DNA of 58,625 bases, filler included, from Basidiobolus ranarum (taxonomy: Eukaryota), in assembly GCA_040143965.1 (NCBI GenBank). It is 3 parts of 3 records of this genome, joined end to end, with 100 filler letters (N's around TTAATTAATTAA, not from the genome) between each part and the next. Parts side by side here need not be neighbours in the genome. Positions count along the whole stretch, not along the records: positions 1 to 19,553 come from JASJQH010007123.1; positions 19,654 to 39,094 come from JASJQH010007125.1; 1 more part is not named here. One strand, given 5' to 3'. How positions within the stretch are numbered: the stretch's first letter is position 1; each line of letters opens with the position of its first letter. Shown here one piece after another: positions 11,320 to 23,035 of the stretch. Both the position numbers and the translations under genes were made by a program. The notes under the pieces were generated by a model, which was given only the letters and a program-made list of their open reading frames with translations, was not told where the DNA came from and did no database searches.

Positions 11320-12864
11320 TCAGTTGCACCCAATGGATTCAGGATCATGAAGCCCAAGAAGTGGATATGTGGACTTGTATTCAGTGATCACTTCATCCTG
11401 ACTTTTGGCCAAGGCATTAACAGCTTGACCAACAATTAAAGTTCCTGGAGGTGTAGTACCTACGCGCTCTACAATCTCACAAATTGTACCGATAGTACCA
11501 CGAAGAACCCTTTGATCCGGACAGCTAGCTCTTTCCACAATTGCAACAGGGCAATCAGTTGGATAGTCATGTTTCTTTAAATCTTCAACGATCATAGGTA
11601 AGCGATGAATGGCCATCAAGAATACTGTAGTACGGATGGAGGAATAAGGAGGAATATCTGGTAGAGTGCAGTTTTTCCCGGTTCCAGTGGCCACCATAAA
11701 TTGATTGGCAACACCACGATGAGTCACTGGTATACCACCAAAGAGTGGAGCAGCCATACAACTTGAGATACCAGGGATTACTTCAGCTTCAAAGCCATGT
11801 TTACGGAAGAATAAAACTTCTTCACCTCCGCGTCCGAAAAGGAATGGATCCCCACACTTAAGTCTCACAATATTCTTGCCTTGTTTAAGCAGTTCAACTC
11901 CGGCCATGTTCATTTCTTCTTGTGCTTGGTCGGCATTTCCTGGGAATTTACGAGCTATCTGTACTTTGTTGGGAATCAATTTGATAATACCTTCTGGGAC
12001 AAGTTTATCAGCCAGAACGACATCAGCAGTTGTGATAGCTTCATAGGCAGCACGAGTTAAAAGCTCAGGATTGCCAGGGCCGGCACCAACTAGCTTGATC
12101 CGACCCTTATTACTGAGTTTCGAAGCTACCAAACTACCATCATTTAGCAACTCAAACTCATCGTTATTGCCACTCTTGTAGCCTTCATCAGCTGTGTAGC
12201 TTTCTAGTAACTCTTCAATTTCTTCCTCAGTCAATTGTGACAAGCGTTCTAGTGGCCAATACTCGCAAAGCTGTGCCAACCAATGCATACGTCTTAACCT
12301 GGACAATCTGGAGGGATCTGAATCACCAATCTTGCGACGCAACAGACCCACTTTTTTAATAGCATCACCTACACCATGAGGAAGAGAGCTAACCAAGTGT
12401 CTTCTTAGACGGTTTGCGAGCTTTGGTGCTTCAGCATTGGTAGAGACAGCTAACTGTAAAGACTGATCACGATAAGTTGACATAAACCAGAAATCGCAAA
12501 GGTCATTCATATCAGCAACGTTGATTGGTATCTTATATCTTTTAGATAATCTAGCAATCTCTTCGCAACGTGGACGATCTTCTAATGCCACCAGAACCAT
12601 GTCTTTGTCTACCAAATCTGACTCTTCGAACTCTCTATCGAACCAGGTGATCTCCGACCGCTCGATACGCACTGACAATTCGTGGCACATACCAACTTTG
12701 GGTGAAACTAAAGTCACCTCTGCATCTGCGTCTAGGGAAGAGTACACTCGACTCGCGGCAACGGAGCCATTACCAATCACTAAAACCTGTCGCTTCTCGC
12801 ATCTCCAAGCAACTATAAGAGAGGCACCTCCACGAGGCTTGGGTATATCTAGCGTAGGGTTCAT
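11320..12864 (-). CDS. MET1: Siroheme synthase (CysG-like): precorrin-2 dehydrogenase/ferrochelatase domain + uroporphyrinogen-III C-methyltransferase
   Basis: N-terminal VLVIGNGSVAASR and NVADMNDLCDF. C-terminal LVGAGPGNPELLT, RLKCGDPFLFGRGGEE, VIPGISS and GIPVTHRG. Intronless ORF. Confidence 0.93.
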   Translation of the reverse strand: MNPTLDIPKPRGGASLIVAWRCEKRQVLVIGNGSVAASRVYSSLDADAEVTLVSPKVGMCHELSVRIERSEITWFDREFEESDLVDKDMVLVALEDRPRCEEIARLSKRYKIPINVADMNDLCDFWFMSTYRDQSLQLAVSTNAEAPKLANRLRRHLVSSLPHGVGDAIKKVGLLRRKIGDSDPSRLSRLRRMHWLAQLCEYWPLERLSQLTEEEIEELLESYTADEGYKSGNNDEFELLNDGSLVASKLSNKGRIKLVGAGPGNPELLTRAAYEAITTADVVLADKLVPEGIIKLIPNKVQIARKFPGNADQAQEEMNMAGVELLKQGKNIVRLKCGDPFLFGRGGEEVLFFRKHGFEAEVIPGISSCMAAPLFGGIPVTHRGVANQFMVATGTGKNCTLPDIPPYSSIRTTVFLMAIHRLPMIVEDLKKHDYPTDCPVAIVERASCPDQRVLRGTIGTICEIVERVGTTPPGTLIVGQAVNALAKSQDEVITEYKSTYPLLGLHDPESIGCN

Positions 12865-13727
12865 CGCCAATAACTTCAGTCTATATGTATATAAAAAGGA
12901 ATAAAAGAGGAACTACGATGATCACACTGTAAAAAATGATGTGGAGAAAGTCGCCTGGCTATTATTTATATCGATCAACACTTGGACTTGACTGCCCAAG
13001 CACTCGCTATTTGATGCCGTGTTGAGATTAGCCATCAGAAAGAATTCTAATGAACAACAATAAGCAAGGATCCATAACGAATTAGATATAAAAGGCTTTG
13101 TCTAAACCCATTCTAGACCTCGATTCCAACTTAGTGAATTCGGTTCCTAATATATCTTCGTGGTAAATCCCTGGCTAACTAAATGTAGATAATCTCCTCG
13201 AGTAATACCCAATCCCATGCAGTAGAATCAGATGCTCTAGGCCCAAATGTGGATGAATATTCACCAGCATTGCCATAATTCGTATTTTGAGTCAAAAAGC
13301 ACATTATTTTATTATTCCAAAATTAGCATCTATATTGGATACACGCATGGATATACGCAGAATCTAAACTTGGTCTGTATTAATAATCGAATCTCTTCAT
13401 CGAACGATCACCGGCCAGCCTAGACTCTGTGTTTGCACCGTAATGTTGTGGGGGTGCCTAAGTGCTTTCTTCTCCATAGTGACGTTTCTAGAGTTAACTG
13501 TACCAAGCTTATATTAGAGAGTCTGGTGGTTATTTTGGATGTTACTGAATCCAGAAAATGAAAGAAAAAAATCATGGCAAATAGCTAGCAAGAGATGCGA
13601 TGATCAAGATATTATAAATAGTACATATACAATACAAAAAGTAGAGAATGGTGACAAGAAGCATCAATGTTCAGCTTATGTCCAAGTAAGTATTAAAGAA
13701 GTAAAACTGTATGCTAAATGATTGGGC

Positions 13728-14984
<1,257 letters not shown>

Positions 14985-15599
14985 TAAAAACTACCAAGTA
15001 AAAAATAAGGATTTTCTATTATCTAAGGGTATGAAAAAGCAAAATTTACGAAGTAACAGTAAGTCTTCGGACTTGGCTACTTTGGGAGTTTAGAAATTCA
15101 CTAGTTTAAAAGTCGAATTCCAACAGGATTAAGCCAAGGTCTATAATTTATATGAATCCACTCCCAGATTTAGTACAGGAAAATTTGACACTAAGAGGTG
15201 GGTCAAGAAGACTGGCTACAGGCCATCCGCATAATATTGCGCATACTACATATGGAAATTCAACACTTTTATCTCCACTGATATCAGTAACACCATTGTG
15301 CACTGAAATTCCGAACGCCCATATATTTGTATTAGGCTCTATTACAAGAAGACCATTGCCATGTCGCCAATAAGAAGATCCTAATGTAGACGAAATAAAT
15401 GAAGTAGTGCTAATGTATCTGCGCGTACTCTAAACCGTATAATATGAAGACGAAGACTGGACAAATATTATGCGTGTTTGTGCTGTTTTAATTATTCGCG
15501 AAACAACTTGTAATCAATCCTCTTCTTCATCTTCAGCATGCATGTATGCTGCGCTGCACATTTTGTGATTATTTAGACAAGTTTACTAGACAATAAACC

Positions 15600-16370
15600 C
15601 TGCTGAACCCTAGGTGTGAGAGGATGTAGTTTCATGTTCCCTCTTTTTACTCTATCGTCTCTAATTCGTGGTTACTGAATTTTGGGGGTGAATTTATCAC
15701 ATGATTGTGCTTAACCCTAGCCCTACATTTAGTTAAGCTGCGATAATAACTGAGAATTAAACAATAGCTGAAATTGACTAGGGTTAGGACTGTAATCGGA
15801 GAAAATCGGGAAATACTGACATATTGTATTCAATTATTTTTCTATCAACTCCGACCCTAAGCAGGTATATCGTTAAGCAGGTATATCATGGCTCCATTCA
15901 ATAACTGAAGGCTAGCTAACTTTTAGTCTAACAGTTCACTTACTAGGTATTAATCTACGTAAGTGATGGAAGTGTATTGAGGTTAACCCTAAATGTAGCA
16001 CTTGAAAGCTGATCATTGATTGATAGCGTTTCTAACGTATCCACCAAATCTGTAAGAAACAACGCCCACACTGAAGATATTTTACTTTAACTAATAATAG
16101 ACAAGTCCTTGGTTGCCAAGAAATATGACTTATATAATATCCTTCCGATCCGAATTATACATTCTGGTATTGGGTGAAATCAGTTCCTTTTTTATATTCC
16201 CATTTCGTCACTTGATACACTGAAATATACTCCATTTAGATTTCTAACCCTAACCCTAGTTCTTTGTGCACGATAATTGAAACGGACAAACAAATCTGAT
16301 AAAAATGAGTCAACACGTGTAGGTGTGTTCATTCCATTCCCTGACTGTGGTTATATATGTTAGGGTTGTC
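15600..16370. promoter_or_regulatory. Cluster of telomere-like TAACCCT/TTAGGG motifs upstream of the NRAMP gene
   Basis: aaccctagg (~15606), ttaaccctagccct (15711), tagggttagg (15779), gaccctaa (~15853), ttaaccctaa (15983), ctaaccctaaccctag (16244), gttagggtt (16359). A regulatory function is inferred. Confidence 0.45.
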
Positions 16371-16818
16371 ATGTGAAGAAGCAAAGACAATATCACTAAT
16401 GAGCTGAGGATATATGCACATCTATGCAAAATATTCTTTTTTATGGCATGCCATTTTCTTCTCACTCAATGTTGACAGTGACTGGCGGTTTCATCATTTC
16501 ATATAGAAAACTTTAATTTAGGTTGGATGGGGTTAACTAATGCTTAAACCGGGAAATGTACCATCTTAATCTATGATTTGCTTTCCTTTTTCCTGAGGCC
16601 ATTGGCTAGGTGAGTATTCATTTTGGGGAGGACTAGGAACCTTGTATAACCTGTCTACATGCTATATGTTGTATATATAACGTTTCACTCTGGTCTTATT
16701 AAATCGAACTCCCTTAAACCGCTACACCCTATACGACCGACACGAAAGGCTAGAAACCCTTTTTATCAACATATTTTACGACAAAGGTGACTTTTCTGAG
16801 GTGGTTAACAATAAGATC

Positions 16819-18497
16819 ATGAACAAAGAGGATTTACTACCGTACACACAACAGCCGAAGTACCTGAGTACTTTTCAAAAGGCAAAGCTTTTTGTAAAAA
16901 AGTTATTATCGTTCATTGGTCCTGGATATAGTATGTGCCTTTTTAGTATGCTTTTTGTTTCTCCTTATCTAACGTAAAGTATTTTAGTGGTGGCGGTTGG
17001 GTATATGGATCCTGGTAACTGGGCTACAGATCTTTCTGGTAAGTAAAAGGTTGCTCGTTGGCATATATTCTTGCATAAAACTCGATCGTGTTTAGTAATC
17101 TTAGTCTTAAGGTGGTTCACAATTCGGTTATTCCCTCTTATTTGTTATTCTTCTATCAAATATCATGGCGGTATTACTGCAAACACTATGTATTCGTCTG
17201 GGAGTGGTTACAGGTTGTGGTAAGTGTGTCGACTAACATTTCAGAATTTTTTTGCACAGCTTTTACGTGACACTAACTTTCTTCAACTTTAGATCTTGCC
17301 CAGATGTGTAAGAAACGTTATTCCCGTCCGGTAAACCTTGCCCTCTATGTATTGTGCGAAATTGCCATTATAGCGTGTGATTTGGCTGAGGTTATCGGTT
17401 CAGCAATTGCACTTCAGATGCTGTTTAAGATCCCTTTACCTTATGGAGTACTCATCACTACTTTGGACGTATTTCTTATACTCCTTGCTAATCGTAACGA
17501 CTCAAAATTGGCCAATCGCTTCTTCGAGTTCTTTATTATTCTACTGGTTGGTGGGGTTGGAGCGTGTTTTGTCATTCAACTTGTTTATGTTAAACCAAAT
17601 GTAGGTCAAGTAATGGCAGGTTACCTTCCATCAGCTGAAATATTCACCAACTCTGAAGTTCTCTATGTGGCCATTGGAATTGTGGGAGCAACAGTGATGC
17701 CACACAATTTGTACTTGCATTCTCACATAGTAAAGATAAGATCACCCAATTCAGACGAAAAGGAAGAGACAAACCAGGAGACACGTATTCTGTCCATCAA
17801 GAGTGCCTTGAATTTCTCAATTGTTGATTGTATTTTTGCGTTGACTTTTGCCCTGTTTATTAACTCAGCTATTCTGATTGTGGCGGCAGCAGCGTTTCAT
17901 TATACTGATAATTCAGCTCCAGTTGAAGTTGCTGACTTGTTTGACGCGCATAAACTTCTCTCAGAGTATTTGGGTCCTATTGCTGGTACCAGCTTTGCTT
18001 TAGCGTTGTTGTTGGCTGGTCAAAGTTCTACCATTACGGCTACTATGGCGGGTCAGATTGTAATGGAGGGTTTTCTTGGTCTTACTATGCGGCCATGGTT
18101 AAGAAGACTTATCACTAGAGCGTTCGCTATTGTTCCAGCAATGGTAGTCGCCATTATTGCTGGATCCAAAGGACTTAATGAAGTGCTTATTGCATCCCAA
18201 GTTCTTCTCAGTTTACAATTACCATTTGCAGTTATACCTTTGGTTCTATTTACTAGCAACAAAGAAGTCATGCAGTTACCTAAACCTCGAAGCATCGATA
18301 TGGGGATGAATGCGATACGTTCAGTAGAAGTTGGGAACGAGAATGATGAGACAAATCTTGAAAATGAAGCACCTGTAAACTTGAATGTAGATTTCACCAT
18401 TTCTACACCAATGAAAGTAGTCACCTGGATTGTTGCTATGATCATTGTCCTCTTGAATGTGTTCCTATTAGTACAAGTTGCTCGTGGCCAATTTTAG
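16819..18497 (+). CDS. NRAMP family divalent metal (Mn/Fe) transporter, Smf1/Smf2-like
   Basis: Spliced [30 protein letters not shown] (DPGN motif), [33 protein letters not shown] and [12 protein letters not shown]. Three short 5' introns. Confidence 0.95.
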
Positions 18498-18916
18498 TAC
18501 TTTTACCATTCATAGCTACTGTGTTGCTTCTTAGATTTTGTTTCCTCTCCATGCTTCGATTCTACAATATCCATTCATCTCTGCTTCATTGTCAGGGAAT
18601 TTTGAACCCAACGATTCCTTTCATTGTCATCGTAAATAGACTTGTCATCCTATACTATCTTCCACTTCCTGATCCATCATACAATAAATGTAGCAATTAA
18701 ACTCGATGAAGAGATTTATATTTATGACAATTAATTTAAATGGTGTAATTAAATATTTATTGAAGTCGGTATTACAATAATAATATCCCCTCTTTTCCAT
18801 CATCAACTCTCATTAAATTAGGCAAACATGCATCCTCAAAATCTGAAATATTCGAAGTTTGCGAATGGATTGAAGAGGGGGAGTTAAAATGTTTCGAGAA
18901 ATAAGAATATCTTGGT

Positions 18917-19490
18917 TTATGCTGCAACCGACATTCTGTTGATCAAGTTACGTCTTCTCAAGCCTACATTCACATTCAGTTTGAGACAGAGGGCTAGATC
19001 AACATTGACAATGCCTAGTAGCTTGGCGTTGGCAACCAGAGTGGGACATCCGGATTTACCTGACAATACTGGTGCATTTGGGCCAGAGTTCTTGCCACCG
19101 AGGCATACATTGGCATCAACCTTGATACCAAGGAGTTGAACCTTGGCACGGATATCTTGACATGTGGGATGGGATCCATTTCCGTTCCCATTGCCGTTAC
19201 CATTACCACCTCCGTTACCATTGCCGCCGCCATTACCATGACCGCCTGATCCACCAACGCAAAGATCAACACCAACAAGCTTGGATACATCGACATTTGC
19301 TCCAATAGCACAGTGACCTTTACCACCACCACCATTGCCGTTACCACCATTACCATTGCCGTTACCACCATTACCGCCATTTCCTCCGCTACCACCACCA
19401 CCGCCTAGACATACTTCAGCTTTGATAGGGATTCCTAAGAGACGAAGATCGGCAACCAAACCGGGATAAGGATAAAAATAGTTTATTATC
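18917..19490 (-). CDS. Gly/Asn-rich protein with four Cys-flanked aliphatic repeats; 5' end missing at the contig edge
   Basis: Repeats LVADLRLLGIPIKAEVCLG, CAIGANVDVSKLVGVDLCVG, CQDIRAKVQLLGIKVDANVCLG and CPTLVANAKLLGIVNVDLALCL, separated by (GGNGNG)n linkers. Confidence 0.75.
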
Positions 19491-19553
19491 TAGGATAATA
19501 TTTAAATATGTGGGAATTCAAAAATATACAGATCAACAAAGTCCCGTTTATAT

Positions 19554-19653
19554 NNNNNNNNNNNNNNNNNNNNNNNNNNNNNNNNNNNNNNNNNNNNTTA
19601 ATTAATTAANNNNNNNNNNNNNNNNNNNNNNNNNNNNNNNNNNNNNNNNNNNN
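19554..19653. other. Artificial contig linker
   Basis: 44 N + TTAATTAATTAA (stops in all six frames) + 44 N = 100 nt. Confidence 0.97.
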
Positions 19654-19784
19654 GCGGCGGAGCCGGCGGCGCTTCTGCCGCCACTGGCGGCGGCGGCTCA
19701 GGCGGTGCCTATTCAGGCCCTGGGGGTGGTGGATCAGGCGGCGGTTATGGAAGTAATGGTGGTGGAGGAGCCTATAAATACTAG
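19654..19784 (+). CDS. 3' fragment of a glycine-rich protein (structural/cell-wall-like)
   Basis: Frame from 19656 reads GGAGGASAATGGGGSGGAYSGPGGGGSGGGYGSNGGGGAYKY*. Sharp drop from high GC to AT-rich sequence after the TAG at 19782-19784. Confidence 0.65.
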
Positions 19785-20107
19785 GCATAACATCATAAAA
19801 ATGAAGAAACTATATAGCTTTTGTATACATATATACATATACCTTACTAAATATATATCAATTGGTGAAATAAAATTGAATTAGATCATTTATCAGAATA
19901 TGCATATTAGACCAAGTATATGACTAGTGATAATCAGTGTTCCTCCCTAATCACTTGATCGGTCAAAAAAGATAAAGTGATTAGGGTTATGGTTACAACT
20001 GTTACTCTCAGGCGATTATGATACTTTATAATGCGAACCTGTACTCTTTTAGTTCATTGCTCATTATTATTTTCTTTCCCTCCACTATTAATCGCAAATG
20101 ATTACCT

Positions 20108-20800
20108 ATGATCGAACATGTCACTTATTAGCTCGCGATAATCGAGTATCGCCAAGTAGAATATCATATAATAAGATACTCGGGTAACGTATATTTCACT
20201 TATCCAATCTTGGTGGTCGGTGGTGGCCCAGTAGGTTTAGCAAGCGCCTTATCCTGTGCCCGAGCGGGCCTTAAAGTCAGAATTATAGGTAATTAGTAAG
20301 CGAAATATAGTCCTTTTAATCAGAATTTTAGATAAAAATGAGTCATGTGACAAAGAATCGAGAGCAATAGACGTTCATGCCCAGACTATGGAGGTTTTTC
20401 GTAATATAGACAAATTCTTTGGGGAAGCTTTTCATGTTCAGGAACTCAACTTTTACAACGGAGGAAAGTATGTCGCTCAACTCTCTTTGGATCAATTGGA
20501 TACGCCATATGCAGCAATCTTCGTGCTATCCAAGAATGTAACATACCTGAAGTCACTCAAATCGTCAGTAACAAAACTCCGAAATACCTGCGATAGAGCC
20601 ACTCCATTTGTTGATCCTGTGACGAAACAAACAAAAGCGACCAGGATTCAATCATTGCCGTGAAGGAAACTTTTGGACTGAACAATATCGCTTATGCGAA
20701 TTTCGAGGAAGTAGAATGAAAGTTCGGATTCACTCGCAACCACCCAGTAGCCTTAATTGTTCGTCCTAATGGTTATTTGGACTTGCAGTTTGTCTTCAAA
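20108..20800 (+). pseudogene. FAD-dependent (FAD_binding_3, phenol hydroxylase-like) monooxygenase pseudogene with large internal deletion
   Basis: ATG at 20108 is followed by an in-frame TAG at 20129. Then PILVVGGGPVGLASALSCARAGLKVRII/DK...SRAIDVHAQTMEVF (Rossmann GxGxxG), and only ~350 nt later the family C-terminal motif ALIVRPNGYL. The DG and GD motifs are absent. Confidence 0.75.
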
Positions 20801-21422
20801 GCATATGCCAAATCGAAGAATATTTCAAGCGATTCATGAAGCATTAAGTCTTCACTGCTCTTCAACTTGGTGCACTGTATGTATATGCTCATTAGTCTAC
20901 AGCTCTTACCCAAAAATAAATTCTAACCCGTTAAAAGCAGCATTTATTATGATTTGTGGGTATTTAGTGATCTATTCCAAGTGTTTAGACGCACAACAAG
21001 CTACCTTGAATAGTAAGTATAGTGAAGATTTGCTTACTAATACAAGTATCATGATGTGAAATCAAACTGTTGAGGGAAGGTGTGACAAGGATCTCTGATC
21101 GTTGCTGTATACGGACACCTGTAGATTGGAACTGTACTTTAACTTTATGCTTTTCTTAAGACACTCATGCTTTAATATATTCGTTGCTAATGTAGGTTAA
21201 GTGATTTATACGGAACCATTTTCTTGATTGTTTCCTGTCTGATCTGTGGATATTACAATTTGAATCGATCTGGTAGTACAAGGAAGCACCTTTACTAATT
21301 CATTATCTTCGAGGCTTGTGGAGGTAGAAAGATAAAGTGGATTTGTCAGCTTCAAACTCCACAGGTCTCTATAAATACGGCAATAACTTGAGGTATTCAG
21401 TATTAAATCCTTTCAGTTAAAC

Positions 21423-22322
21423 ATGCCTTCTACCGATAGTTCCCGTTATGAGTTGTACTACTGGCCCGTCACTGGTCGTGGTGAAGTTATTCGCCTTCTT
21501 CTACAATACGGCAAGGTATTATCAGAATTGAGAAAATTAACAAAAAGTGCTATTTACCAATGATTTATATCTCAGGTCAACTGGTCCGAACGTCACCCCG
21601 TCGTAAGTTATTGATCTGAAGGAATGCCCTCGTAGATTTTTATTTAACTAGTCATATTCTTCATTTTCAGAATTGGCCAGAAGATAAACCCAACACTCCA
21701 TTTGGATGTCTTCCTGTTCTTATTGAAAGTCGGGAAGATGGCACGGTGAGTTTACTGACTACGCATGAGTGTTTAATTCGCAATATTTAAATGGTTTGTC
21801 ATCGCTTAGAAATTCGAACTTGCTGAAAGTCATGCTATCGAACGTTATCTTGCTCGTAAATTCGGTAAGAGATATATATAGCACTTAGTATAAGAGTCAA
21901 GTAGAAGGCTCACTCTTTTTGAATGAGTAACAGGTCTTGTGGGTGCGGATGAACGTGAGGCTGCTTTAATCGATAGCTTTGCCGAGGGATGGGGCACCTT
22001 AATCGATGCAATGATTCAAATTCGCTATGGCAGTACTGATGAGGCTAAAGAAGCTGGTAAAGCCAGTTTCAAATCTTCTTCGGCTGAAATTATTCAATAT
22101 CATGAGAAGCAACTCAAGAAGAATGGAAATGGTTACTATGTTGGATCTAAGCTATCACTTGTTGATCTTGTTGCATACAACTTGCTTCATTCCTTGAAGG
22201 GGGTTGGGAATAAAGTCTTCGACGATATTACTGGCTTTAACAAGCTTATTGAGACGGTCGAGAGCGACTCTGTTGTTGGATCGTACGCTCGCGAACGTGT
22301 CAGTGCTTACCAATTAGACTAG
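21423..22322 (+). CDS. Glutathione S-transferase (sigma-like, Tyr-type), 5 exons
   Basis: MPSTDSSRYELYYWPVTGRGEVIRLLLQYGK/VNWSERHPV/NWPEDKPNTPFGCLPVL/ELAESHAIERYLARKF and the C-domain GYYVGSKLSLVDL. 27-nt micro-exon at 21576-21602. TATA-like tataaata at ~21369. Confidence 0.9.
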
Positions 22323-23035
22323 AGATTCCTATTATCTATTCTATCACATGCCTCCACATCCAATGAGTAGTCTATTTCATCACATACCTTCACATCTAAT
22401 GAGTAGCTCGAAATATAAATGAAGTGTAAATTCTAGTCAATAAACTCAGACCTGGGTCAAAGGGATATGTGGAGTGGCAAATTCATATCATTTTAGAGTG
22501 GAGATTTGAGGAACTTGACCTCCTTGTGTACCATCCATCAACAACTCATTTTAGCCGTATATCTCTTTTCAGCCGTCCATCTCATTTAACTTGCAGTAAT
22601 CTAAGATAACGGATTGCTTGTATCACCTCCACTTCCATATCAATCTAATAAATAACAAATTGCAAGTTGAAAAAGATTTTCACTTTCTTTCGGTACGTTT
22701 ATTATTATTATTATCATTATTACTTGGTCTCAAATAGTACATGCAGAAAGACCTAATACTAGAGGTGTCACAATCAACTAAGCCTCTGTTATAGTAGGGA
22801 TTCCGAACCTAACGTATATTTGATCGCATGAGATGAGTAGACCGTATATAGAGTGAGATGAATAGAAAAGAAACCATAATAAACATCGAACCATCCAACA
22901 AAAAGAGAAACACTATCAAAAAGTCGGGACAATTCAAGGCTGTGATTATATTTACAATAAATAAAATTCGACATTGTCAGAGGTAGCTCCAGGTATCAAA
23001 TTAGAAAGGTAGAATGCAAATGGGGGAGGAGGTGC

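Noticed and set aside
19598-19609. Palindromic TTAATTAATTAA between N runs (also 39139-39150)
   Set aside because: Synthetic six-frame stop linker, not a biological site or a piggyBac target.
19606-19788. Minus-strand Arg/His-rich ORF MPSIYRLLHHHY
   Set aside because: Antisense of the Gly-rich plus-strand frame, and it runs into the linker.
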